Source of the DNA: an uncultured Granulicella sp. | GTDB taxonomy: Bacteria > Acidobacteriota > Terriglobia > Terriglobales > Acidobacteriaceae | Direction: 5' to 3' | Assembly: GCA_965213785.1 (NCBI GenBank) | Contig: OZ243921.1 | Span: 913,959-977,958 of the forward strand | DNA: 64,000 nt | Part shown: in pieces, positions 28,483-37,695 of the stretch | How positions within the stretch are numbered: the first letter of the stretch is position 1 | How the letters are laid out: the number at the start of each line of letters is the position of its first letter | Made by a program: the position numbers and the translations under genes | The notes under the pieces: generated by a model | Database searches by the model: none | What the model was told of the DNA's origin: nothing | Seen by the model: only the letters and a program-made list of their open reading frames with translations

Positions 28483-29187
28483 CTAGCTCCCCGGCTCGAA
28501 ATCGCTCGCCATCACCACCTGCGCCGGCGACCCCGCCAGCCTCTGGTCCAGCAGCACCACGGTCCGCGCCGCCCCCGCCGGATAGGTGGTCAAAGGCCCC
28601 GTCTGCAGCGGCATTCCGCCCGCCGCCCCGGCCGGATACAGCAGCATCCGGTAAGCCCCGGCGGGAACCCTCACATACCCCGAGCTCCCCCCGAAACCCA
28701 GCCCCACCAGCAGCGGCGTAACCTCCTTCACCGAGGCCGCCGCCGGCACCAGGAACACATCCACCGGCCCCACCCCGGTCGCCTCGTGGAGAAACCGCAG
28801 CGCCACCTGCCCCGCCGGAGCCGCCGTGCTCTGGTCCCGCAGGATCGTCTGCTGCAGGTTCGCCGAAGTATCCCCAAGCAGCACCGTATAGTGTCCCGCC
28901 CCGCTCAGCGTGCCTGTCCCCGCGGTCAGCGCCTGCCGCGTCCCCGTCGTCATCGCCGAAACAGGGTGGGTCCCCGCGCCCACCGCAACATACGTCGTCA
29001 CATTGCCAAACGTCAGGTTGTACGCCACCGGCTCCCCAGCCGCATAGACGTCCACCCCCGGAGCATTCGGCGACGCCACAATCACCCGCACCCGCGCCGC
29101 CGTCCCCCCGCTCGACACACCCTGGCACCCCGAAAGCACCATCGCCGCGACCGCCAGGCCACCGAGTTGGAGCGCCCTCGCCACCAT
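28483..29187 (-). CDS. DUF4397-domain lipoprotein
   Basis: Lipobox LSGC; VRVIVASPNAPGVDVY and repeat LRFLHEATGVGPVDVFL. Confidence 0.85.
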   Translation of the reverse strand: MVARALQLGGLAVAAMVLSGCQGVSSGGTAARVRVIVASPNAPGVDVYAAGEPVAYNLTFGNVTTYVAVGAGTHPVSAMTTGTRQALTAGTGTLSGAGHYTVLLGDTSANLQQTILRDQSTAAPAGQVALRFLHEATGVGPVDVFLVPAAASVKEVTPLLVGLGFGGSSGYVRVPAGAYRMLLYPAGAAGGMPLQTGPLTTYPAGAARTVVLLDQRLAGSPAQVVMASDFEPGS

Positions 29188-29290
29188 CCCCCTCACCCTC
29201 CTGCACCGACTCTACTCGAATCCTCGCCCGCGCCCCATCCTGCCCGCCCGGCTACTCCAGTAGGCACTGAATCGGGAGGCCGCCCAACCC

Positions 29291-32041
29291 TCAATCAACC
29301 GTACACACCACCAGCGTCATGTCGTCATGCTGCGGAGCCCCCGCCGTAAACCCGTCCGCCTGCGCCAGCAGGCACTCCATCAGTTGCTGCGCGGTCCGCG
29401 TGCAGTCCGGCTCCGCCAGCAGGGCCTCCGCCGCCCCAATCATCCGCTCCTCGCCCCATTCCTCATCCTCCGCCGTCATCGCCTCGGAGATCCCATCGGT
29501 AAACGCCAGTAGGGTATCGCCCGCGCGCATCGGCACGCTCGCCTGCTCATACGTCGCCCCTTCCAGCAGCCCCACGACGGTCCCTGTCGGCTCCAGTTGC
29601 AGCGTAGCCTCGCCCCGCCGCAGAATCGCCGGACAATTATGCCCCGCATTCACGTACGTCAGCACCCGCGTCGCCGGGTCCAGCTCCGCATAGAAGAACG
29701 TCGCATACCGGTTGCTCGTCGAGGCCTCGTACACCAGCCGGTTCACATGCCCCATCAGCGTCGCCAGGGAGTGTCCGTCGCCCTCATCGTTCCGCATCGT
29801 GGCCACCGACCGCAGGATCGCCCGAAGACTCGCCATCAGCAGCGCCGCCGAAATCCCCTTACCCGATATATCCCCGATCGCAATCGCGAGCCGCGCCGGA
29901 GCCCCCGCACTCGCCGGAATCAGGAAGAAGTCGTAGTAGTCTCCCCCCACAAACTGCGCGGGCCGGCAGAACCCCGCCATCCCAACCCCCGCCACCACCG
30001 GGTAGCTCTGCGGAAACAACCGCTCCTGCACCTCCCGCGCAATCTCGATCTCCCGGTCGAGCCTCGCCCGCTGCGCCATCTGTGTCGTCAAGCTCTCCAG
30101 CAGCTCCGCATTCTCAAGCGCCAGCCCCGTCTGCGACGCCACCGACTGCAGCAGTTGCCGGTCCGTCTTCGAGTAGGGCTCCTCCGACCGCTTCGGCCCT
30201 AGCGCAATCACCCCCACCAGCCGGTTCCGCCCAGGCAGAGGCACCAGAAGCTCCGTCGACAGATCCGCGAGAGCCGTTCGTTCCGCATCCGTCGCCTCCA
30301 CCAGCCAAGAGGACGGATCATCCCGGTAAACATTCGCTGGCGGGGCCTTCGGCCGGGCAAGCTGCGCGATCGTCGTCGACCCCGCCGGCAGCGAAAAACT
30401 GAACTCCGGCGCAATCGGCAGACCCGTCGCGTACTGCAGTTGAAAGGCATCCCCACAGCGCAGAAACACCGCGATCCGGTCGATGTGCAGCGTCTCGCCC
30501 AGCCGCCGCGTGATCGTCTCCAGCAGCGGCGCAGACTCCGTAAAGCTCCGCGCCTCGTCCGAAAGCTCCGACAGAATCTGCTCGGTCGAGTAAGCCTCCC
30601 GGAAGAATCGCTGGTCGATCCGCGCCTGCAGGCGCTTTGAGCCGATCGTCCGGTACGCGACAAAGAGCCCGATCAGCCCAAAGATTTCGACGATGTCCAC
30701 CACGCGCCGATGATCGCGCATGGAAAAGAACAGGCTGAGCCGCGTAGACATCCATGTGGCAATCAGCGCCCCGACCACAAACACCGATTGCCGGGCAAAG
30801 AAGTACTTCGTTCCCTGCCGGATAAGAATCCGCAAATCCATCGCCCGCTGCACCACGACGACGTACCCCAATGTCAGAGGAAAAACCATCAACAAGGCGA
30901 AGACCGTGAGGGTGACCCACTGCGGGGCGTATTCCCCCAGTTCGCCCCCGCCACGTGCAATCGAGTTCACCACCAGGAAGAGAAGGGGAGTCAGTCCGAC
31001 CGAGGAGCCGGCGATCAGAACGCGCAGCCGGCGGCGGGAGTCTGGAGTGACCTCGGGCGCGTGCATCTGCGCGCCAAAGCCGTAGAAGCCGCCAAAGATC
31101 GCCAGCGCGCTCAACACGTTCTCGAAGTTGTTGATCGCATTCAGGTGCGCCGCCACCCCGGCGATGAGGCTGATGCGGTAGACCATGCAGAAGGAAGTCA
31201 GCAGGTCCAACGGCAGAAGCAGCACGAGGGGGACAAGGAAGATCCATTTGATCCACGGAAAGCGGCGGTCAAGCGCCAACCGCGTCGGAAAGAGAACCCC
31301 GAACAGGAGAAAGCACAGCGGCATTGCCGTCTGTCCCAGCGTGATCCACAGCAGACTCACCGGCATGAAGAGGGAGCTTGTCTGCATCCCTTGCAGAAAG
31401 AACGAGCTGAGATAGGCCAGGATGCCCAGGATCAGCCACGCATGCGCGCTGCGTGGCCGCGCAAATGCCACGTACAGGCCGGTCAGCAGGCAGATAACAG
31501 GGGTCACCGTAAACAGGGCCTGCAGAAACCACGACCAGAGGGGCGCCGGCGTAATTCTCTGTGGCGTCAGCACGACGGCCGCCCGCGCCGGCGGGCTGTC
31601 CAGCGACGTGCCCGAGCGCCAGAACGTCAGTGCGAGTGTCTCGCCCGGACGGTGCCGCGCCACCGAGTCCAGCAGAACGTGTAAACCCGCGTAGGGCTGC
31701 CCGTCGATCGTGTAAACCGCGTCCCCGATCTTCAGTCCAGCCTGCCTTGCGGGGCGCGTCACATAGGTCGTCGTCACCAGAACGAAGCTCGGCGGCACGC
31801 CGGCCGCCCGTGCCTGCGCCGGGGTCAGGTAAACAGGCTGGAACTGGGTCCCACTATAGATGGGAGGCAGCGCAATCTCGGTGCCATGGGCAAGGTTCTC
31901 AAAGGAACTCACCGTCGCGCGCACAACATGGATCATCCCCATCAGAGCAAGCAGGGCAAGCAGGGCAAGCACGGTGTACTGCAAAAGTGGTGGGCGGACT
32001 TGCTTGGGCACGAGGTAGGTCATGGTTGCGGCTGGCTGCAT
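29291..32041 (-). CDS. Membrane PP2C/SpoIIE (RsbU-like) phosphatase with PDZ, multi-TM and GAF domains
   Basis: ARQAGLKIGD PDZ, hydrophobic helices, GAF (LLVPL..LVGVIALG), VGGDYYD, GDISGKG, FTDGISEA and HDDMTLVV. Confidence 0.9.
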   Translation of the reverse strand: MQPAATMTYLVPKQVRPPLLQYTVLALLALLALMGMIHVVRATVSSFENLAHGTEIALPPIYSGTQFQPVYLTPAQARAAGVPPSFVLVTTTYVTRPARQAGLKIGDAVYTIDGQPYAGLHVLLDSVARHRPGETLALTFWRSGTSLDSPPARAAVVLTPQRITPAPLWSWFLQALFTVTPVICLLTGLYVAFARPRSAHAWLILGILAYLSSFFLQGMQTSSLFMPVSLLWITLGQTAMPLCFLLFGVLFPTRLALDRRFPWIKWIFLVPLVLLLPLDLLTSFCMVYRISLIAGVAAHLNAINNFENVLSALAIFGGFYGFGAQMHAPEVTPDSRRRLRVLIAGSSVGLTPLLFLVVNSIARGGGELGEYAPQWVTLTVFALLMVFPLTLGYVVVVQRAMDLRILIRQGTKYFFARQSVFVVGALIATWMSTRLSLFFSMRDHRRVVDIVEIFGLIGLFVAYRTIGSKRLQARIDQRFFREAYSTEQILSELSDEARSFTESAPLLETITRRLGETLHIDRIAVFLRCGDAFQLQYATGLPIAPEFSFSLPAGSTTIAQLARPKAPPANVYRDDPSSWLVEATDAERTALADLSTELLVPLPGRNRLVGVIALGPKRSEEPYSKTDRQLLQSVASQTGLALENAELLESLTTQMAQRARLDREIEIAREVQERLFPQSYPVVAGVGMAGFCRPAQFVGGDYYDFFLIPASAGAPARLAIAIGDISGKGISAALLMASLRAILRSVATMRNDEGDGHSLATLMGHVNRLVYEASTSNRYATFFYAELDPATRVLTYVNAGHNCPAILRRGEATLQLEPTGTVVGLLEGATYEQASVPMRAGDTLLAFTDGISEAMTAEDEEWGEERMIGAAEALLAEPDCTRTAQQLMECLLAQADGFTAGAPQHDDMTLVVCTVD

Positions 32042-32101
32042 GGTAGCAGCCAGCCTGTCTCGCTGATACGCCTTTTGTTAACAGTCCCTGTGCCCGCGAC
32101 G

Positions 32102-32470
32102 CTACTTCTTGGCAGGACGGCGAGCCACCACCGCATCCTTAATGCCGTCATACGTCTTCTGCGGCACAATCCCCCGGCTCGTCAGTTGGTTTTTCGCCGT
32201 ATACGGACGGCCGTCGACAATGCGCTTCGCATACGCGTCCCCGACACCGGGCAGTGCCTTCAGTTGATCGGCCGTCGCCGTATTCAGGTCCAGCTTATCG
32301 GCATCGGCTACGCTCGCCGCCGCCGGCTTGCCCGTTTGTGGCGCCGCCCCTGCCGACTTGGCCCCCGGGGCCGGTTTGCCGGTCTGGGCTCCAGACCCAA
32401 AGGCCGGAAGGCAAAAAAGCAGGGTTGCGGCAAGAAGGGTGCGGCGCGCGGAAACAACAAGATTCAGCAT
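32102..32470 (-). CDS. Secreted ComEA-like helix-hairpin-helix DNA-binding protein
   Basis: Signal peptide; LDLNTATADQLKALPGVGDAYAKRIVDGRPY. Confidence 0.88.
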   Translation of the reverse strand: MLNLVVSARRTLLAATLLFCLPAFGSGAQTGKPAPGAKSAGAAPQTGKPAAASVADADKLDLNTATADQLKALPGVGDAYAKRIVDGRPYTAKNQLTSRGIVPQKTYDGIKDAVVARRPAKK

Positions 32471-32750
32471 TGGGCAAAGCTCCTGGGAGTTCGGTTGGAC
32501 TTTCATCCGCATGCCGTCAGAGTTGCCCTCCACACGACCTGCGGCACACCGCAACAGACTAGCGCATCCCCAGGGCTCGCGTCCCGTTCAAACCGTCCCA
32601 CACTTTTCGTTTGACAAACGCACCGCGGGAGTAGATGGTGGGGCTACCGGGTTCCAAAAATATTTCGACGCTCCTCTCGCCCGTACGCTCGGTATCGCTC
32701 TACACCTGCGTATCGCGCGTACCCAATGCTGAGTCTTCGAGTGTGACGGT

Positions 32751-32919
32751 ATGGACTTCAGGACCAGGCTGCTGCACTGCTTCCTCACCTGTGCGGAGCA
32801 TCTCCACTCCGGCCGGACCGCCCACGCCATGAGTCGGCCACGCAACCGCCCTCGAATCCCTGAAGCAAGCCTTCCGAACCTTCCTCTTCGAGCGCGACGG
32901 CCGGCAAGTCACCCCCACG
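32751..32919 (+). pseudogene. Frameshifted LysR-type HTH relic
   Basis: MDFRTRLLHCFLTCAEHLHSGRTA in one frame continues as ALESLKQAFRTFLFERDGRQVTPT in another. No intact downstream domain. Confidence 0.55.
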
Positions 32920-33205
32920 TCCTGCCCGTCTCCATACTCCTTCCGGCCTCCGCCTCGACCGCCCCCCGCAAAGAGCCGCAGACGACGACGTCGCATCCGC
33001 ACCCGTCTCGCCGCACGGGACCATCCTGCCGGCTTCGCCGTGCATCCTTGCATGGAGGCATGGCCCCGCTTGCTGGTCCTGCACTGCGCCGCGTCTTCAT
33101 GCCCCCGCAATTGGCCCCAGTTCACCCCGTCACGAAGGCCAAGCCGCCGCATCCGCCTGAAACCATCACCCGGACCCGCTCACAAGCTCGATTCAAGGAG
33201 AGCGT

Positions 33206-34291
33206 ATGAACATCCTCATCTTCGGCCTCACCGTCACCTGCTCCCGCGGCAACGGCCACGCCACCCTCTGGCGCTCCCTCATCAAGGGGATGCTCCAGAG
33301 AGGCCACACCGTCACCTTTTACGAGCGTGCCCAGGACCGCTTCGCCGCCTCCCGCGACCTCCACGCCCTCGGCGTCGGGGCCAATCTCCGTCTCTATCCC
33401 GACCTCGACACCATCCGCGCCGAAGCCCGCCGCGCCGCCAATGACGCCGACCTCGCCATCGTCTCCAGCCTCTGCCCCGACAGCCTCGCCCTCTGCGATC
33501 TCGTCCTCGACAGCGCCGCCCAGGTCAAAGCCTTCTACGACCTCGACACCCCGCTTACCCTCGCCGACGCCGGCCCTCCCCCCTACATCCCCCCGCGCGG
33601 CCTCCGCGACTTCGACCTCGTCCTCAGCCACACCGGTGGACTCGCCCTCGCGCAGCTCAAAAGCCGCCTCGGAGCCCGCGCCGTCGCCCCCCTCTACACC
33701 TCCGTCGACGCCGAACTCTTCAACCGTGCCCCCGCCACCGAGCAGTTCGAATCCGTCCTCTGCTACGTCGGAACCTATACCCCCGACCGCCAGCACTCGC
33801 TTCAGCACCTCTTCCTTGGCGCGGCCGAACGCATGCTCTCAGGCCGCTTCCTCATCGGCGGCGCCGGCTACCCGGACGACTTCCCGCTCCCCCAGAACGT
33901 CGGCCTCGCCCGCCACGTCCCCGCCACCATGCTCCCCGCCTTCTTCTGCTCCAGCCGCGCCACCCTCAACGTCACCCGCGCCGCCATGGCCCGCTATGGC
34001 TACTGCCCCTCGGGCCGCCTCTTCGAAGCCGCCAGCTGCGGTGCCCCCCTCCTCACCGACATATGGGATGGCCTCGACACCTTCTTCGAGCCCGAACGCG
34101 AGCTCCTCCGCGTCGCCTCCGCCCAGGACGTCCTCGACGCCCTCACTCTCTCCGACCGCGAGCTCCGCCGCATCGCCGGCGCCGCCCGTCATCGCACCCT
34201 CGACGAGCACACCGGCCTCAATCGCGTCGGCGAGCTCGAAAGCATCTGCGACTGGGTCCGCAGCATGGCCGCCCACCAGGAGGTCGCCTAG
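33206..34291 (+). CDS. CgeB-family glycosyltransferase
   Basis: GNGHATLWRSL, FYDLDTP, YVGTYTPDR, LNVTR and PSGRLFEAASCG. Confidence 0.85.
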   Translation: MNILIFGLTVTCSRGNGHATLWRSLIKGMLQRGHTVTFYERAQDRFAASRDLHALGVGANLRLYPDLDTIRAEARRAANDADLAIVSSLCPDSLALCDLVLDSAAQVKAFYDLDTPLTLADAGPPPYIPPRGLRDFDLVLSHTGGLALAQLKSRLGARAVAPLYTSVDAELFNRAPATEQFESVLCYVGTYTPDRQHSLQHLFLGAAERMLSGRFLIGGAGYPDDFPLPQNVGLARHVPATMLPAFFCSSRATLNVTRAAMARYGYCPSGRLFEAASCGAPLLTDIWDGLDTFFEPERELLRVASAQDVLDALTLSDRELRRIAGAARHRTLDEHTGLNRVGELESICDWVRSMAAHQEVA

Positions 34292-34300
34292 CCACACCCC

Positions 34301-35284
34301 CTACGGCACAAAACGCGTCGTATACGCCGTCGCCGGATCGAACGGCCGCGTCATCACCTTCAACTCCAACAACTGACGATACATCGCCGTCCATCGCTCG
34401 TCCGTAAAATGCCCCAGCCGCGAGTCCCCGGTCCCTTCTCCCTCCACAAAGTGCCCCGCCCGCAGCGTATCGATCGAGAACTGCATCTGCTCCCGGCTCA
34501 TCGCCGGGTTCAGCCGGGAGATCTCCGCATTCGTCCGCGCAGGATTCGCCAGGTACGCCCGCCACCCCGCCAGCGAAGCCTCCACAAACCCCTGTACCAC
34601 CTCCGGATGCTCCGCCAGGAACTGCCTCGACGTAAAGAACACCCGATACGGCTGGTACCCCGTCGAACTCACCAGCATCGTCCGCACCGACGCCCCGCCT
34701 TTGCGGGCAAAATATGGCTCCGAGCTCACAAACGCCTGCTGAATGTACTCCGGATCCTGCAAAAAGTTCGCCACGCTGTACGTCGCCGGAATCTCCCGCG
34801 TCTTCGTCAGGTTGTACCGCTTCACCACATATTGAAACCAAGTCGACCCCGGCCGAACCGCCACCGTGCGCCCGTCTAGGTCCGCAAACGTATGCACCGG
34901 CGACCCTTCATGCACCATCACCGCCTGCGGATCCTGCTGCATCGTCGCTGCCACCGCCACCAGCGGCAGCCCACGCGACACCCCCTCCAGCACCTTGTCC
35001 GAAGATCCCATCCCAAACTGCGCCGCCCCGGTCGCCACCTGCTGGTCGGGCAGCACGTACGGCCCCCCGGGCGCAATCGTCACTTCCAGCCCCTTCGCCC
35101 GGTAGAGCCCCCCTACCTGCGCCTCGTAGAACCCTCCCATCTCTGGCTGCGGGTACCAATCCGTCTGAAACACGATCTGCGTCAACCCGCCCGCCGCCGC
35201 CGGTCTGCTTCTACAACCCGCCAGCCCGGCCAGACAGCCCACTACGATCATCCTGCAAACCAGCCGGCGCAAGCCCATCGGCAC
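34301..35284 (-). CDS. NMT1/THI5-like ABC substrate-binding lipoprotein
   Basis: Lipobox LAGC; QTDWYPQPEMGGFYEA, GLEVTIAPGG and SSEPY. Confidence 0.85.
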   Translation of the reverse strand: MPMGLRRLVCRMIVVGCLAGLAGCRSRPAAAGGLTQIVFQTDWYPQPEMGGFYEAQVGGLYRAKGLEVTIAPGGPYVLPDQQVATGAAQFGMGSSDKVLEGVSRGLPLVAVAATMQQDPQAVMVHEGSPVHTFADLDGRTVAVRPGSTWFQYVVKRYNLTKTREIPATYSVANFLQDPEYIQQAFVSSEPYFARKGGASVRTMLVSSTGYQPYRVFFTSRQFLAEHPEVVQGFVEASLAGWRAYLANPARTNAEISRLNPAMSREQMQFSIDTLRAGHFVEGEGTGDSRLGHFTDERWTAMYRQLLELKVMTRPFDPATAYTTRFVP

Positions 35285-35311
35285 GTTCCTCCTGAAAATC
35301 CAAGCTTAGCC

Positions 35312-36001
35312 CTACAGAATGTTTACCGCCCGCGCCGCCAGCAGGACCACGGTCGAGAACGAAATGAACGACTGCGTCATCATCAGCCCTTTCGCCCAAC
35401 GCGAAAGCACCGGCGCATCCGTCGGGGAAAACGCTGTACTGGTATTGAACGCAATAAACAAATAGTCCACAAATCCCGGACTCCAGTCCTGCTCCCCCAT
35501 CGTCCGCTTCGCATCGTCGTCGAGCGTCATCTGCGGAAACAGGAACGCCCCATCCGTATGCGTACCCCGCACCTCCCGCGCCCGTGGCCCCCCTGCGTCC
35601 AGCCGCCAGTACCACGACGCAAACACCAGGATGTTCACCACCCAAAGCGCCGCCGCCGACCGCAGAAGTTCCGGCGGGCTCAACGTATGCTTCGGCAGCG
35701 CCGCCACCAGCAAACCCAGCGACCACGCCATATCCAGCGTCACCACGCTTGACGTCACATACCCCAGAGTCGTCGCCAAACCGTGCCCACCCTGCGCCCG
35801 CGCAATAATCGACGAGATGATCAGGCATCCCAGGACCACCAGCAGTAGCCACCTCGGCCCCACCGCCAGTGAGTCCGGAACCACCAGCCGCAGCGCCCCC
35901 ACCGCAAGCAGCGCGATAATCGCCGGCCAGCGCGGCTCTACCCGGGTTGCTGCATCCGTATCCTCGCTCACGCCTCCATCATCGCCTGAGAAGCTCCCCA
36001 T
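35312..36001 (-). CDS. DUF1345-like membrane protein
   Basis: FLFPQM, PGFVDYLFIAFNTSTAFSPTD and LMMTQS motifs; several TM helices. Confidence 0.8.
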   Translation of the reverse strand: MGSFSGDDGGVSEDTDAATRVEPRWPAIIALLAVGALRLVVPDSLAVGPRWLLLVVLGCLIISSIIARAQGGHGLATTLGYVTSSVVTLDMAWSLGLLVAALPKHTLSPPELLRSAAALWVVNILVFASWYWRLDAGGPRAREVRGTHTDGAFLFPQMTLDDDAKRTMGEQDWSPGFVDYLFIAFNTSTAFSPTDAPVLSRWAKGLMMTQSFISFSTVVLLAARAVNIL

Positions 36002-36013
36002 GGCAACCCGCGG

Positions 36014-37024
36014 TCATGCCTCCCGCATTCTCGGCGCCGCCACCTCCCCCAGCAGCCGGATCCCGCGCAGCATCCTCTCATGCGCCAGCCCAGCCACACT
36101 CATCTGGAACTGCACCCGCGCCAGCCCACCCAGGGCCTCACTCATCGCTCTCACCTTCTCCGCCACGGTCTCTGGAGACCCCACCATCAGCGCCCCCGTC
36201 GGCCCCAACAGCGCATCGAACTGCCGCCGCGTCACCGGAGGCCACCCCCGCTCCTTCCCGATCTCCGTAAACGACTCCGCATACCCCGGAAAGAAGTCAT
36301 CCGCCGCCTCCCGGTCAGTCTGCGCCACATACCCCAGCGCATGGACGCCCACCTTCAAGCTCTCCGCCGCATGTCCCGCCCGCCGCCCCGCCTCGCGGTA
36401 AAGGTCGATCAGCGGCCGAAATCGATGCGGCTCCCCGCCAATGATTGCCACCATCAACGGCAACCCCAGCGCCCCCGCCCGCGCAAACGATTGCGGCGTC
36501 CCCCCCACCCCCAACCAGATCGGAATCTTCTCCTGCAGAGGCCGCGGATACACCGCCTGCCCCGTCAGCGCCGCCCGATGCTCCCCCGCCCAATGCACCT
36601 GCGTCTGCTCCCGGATCGTCAGCAACAGGTCCAGCTTGCTCGCAAACAGCGAGTCATAGTCCCGCGTATCCAGCCCGAAGAGCGGAAACGACTCGATAAA
36701 GGACCCTCGCCCCACCACCATCTCCGCCCGTCCCTGCGACAGCAGGTCCAGCGTCGCAAACTCCTGAAACGCCCTCACCGGGTCCGCCGCGCTCAGCACC
36801 ATCACCGCGCTCGTCAGCCGAATCCGCTTCGTCCGCGCCGCCGCCGCTGCCAGGATCACCACCGGAGCCGAGTCCAGAAACTCCTGCCGATGATGCTCCC
36901 CTACCCCAAACGCCTCCAGCCCCACCTCATCCGCGCACACTATCTCTTCCAACAGGTTCCCCAGCCGCCCCGCCGGAGTCACCCCTTTCTGCACCGCCGC
37001 AAAACTATCGATCCCAATCTCCAT
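36014..37024 (-). CDS. LLM-class flavin-dependent oxidoreductase
   Basis: GVGEHHR, SAPVVILAA, LSAADPVR, GRGSFIESFPLFG and WLGVGGTPQS. Confidence 0.92.
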   Translation of the reverse strand: MEIGIDSFAAVQKGVTPAGRLGNLLEEIVCADEVGLEAFGVGEHHRQEFLDSAPVVILAAAAARTKRIRLTSAVMVLSAADPVRAFQEFATLDLLSQGRAEMVVGRGSFIESFPLFGLDTRDYDSLFASKLDLLLTIREQTQVHWAGEHRAALTGQAVYPRPLQEKIPIWLGVGGTPQSFARAGALGLPLMVAIIGGEPHRFRPLIDLYREAGRRAGHAAESLKVGVHALGYVAQTDREAADDFFPGYAESFTEIGKERGWPPVTRRQFDALLGPTGALMVGSPETVAEKVRAMSEALGGLARVQFQMSVAGLAHERMLRGIRLLGEVAAPRMREA

Positions 37025-37037
37025 CGTCGCCGTTCCT

Positions 37038-37074
37038 TTCCTGATCTGCTGATGCCCTTCCTGATCTGCTGATG
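37038..37074. repeat. 17-bp direct repeat, 20-bp period
   Basis: TTCCTGATCTGCTGATG at 37038 and 37058, just upstream of the LLM start codon. Confidence 0.85.
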
Positions 37075-37149
37075 GTTAGATAGACGAAGTCCCAAAGCGA
37101 CTCATCAGGCCTACAGAGGGAGAGGTCCTATGCCGTTCAGGCACTAACG

Positions 37150-37503
37150 ATGACGATCCTGCTGATTGACGATGACGAGACCGGCACCCTGATCCGCGCC
37201 CGGGTTCTTCGCCTGCAGGGTTTTCAGGTGCTCTGCGCACATCGCGGGCGCGACGGCATTGAACAGTTCACCCGGGGCGAGATCGACCTGGTGATACTCG
37301 ACTTTCACCTGCCCGACCTGAACGGCGACAAGGTGCTTGTTGAGCTTAAACGCCTCAAGCCGCATGTTCCCGTCATCGTGCTCGCGGGCATCCTGGGGAT
37401 AGCGGAAGACTCCACTCCGCAGGCGGACTTCACCATCATTAAAGGGGAAGGTCCCCAAGCGCTTCTCGGAGCGATTGGTCGCCTCATCCGCCATTCGCCA
37501 TAA
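37150..37503 (+). CDS. Single-domain response regulator
   Basis: ILLIDDD, DLVILDFHLPDLNG and IIKG. Confidence 0.85.
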   Translation: MTILLIDDDETGTLIRARVLRLQGFQVLCAHRGRDGIEQFTRGEIDLVILDFHLPDLNGDKVLVELKRLKPHVPVIVLAGILGIAEDSTPQADFTIIKGEGPQALLGAIGRLIRHSP

Positions 37504-37695
37504 GGGCGACCGAGCGCCAGCCTGTATACTCAAAGTATTCGTCTCGGACGAATCTTTTACCGTCTTTCGGTTGTTCTCGACACGCTGCTAAGCTGTCCAG
37601 CCGTATTGCGGGCAAGGTTGTAGCCGCATCACGTTCTCGCGGCAACACAACACCCCAGGCTTACAAGCCGACCATTTCAGTCACAGGAACCCCCC

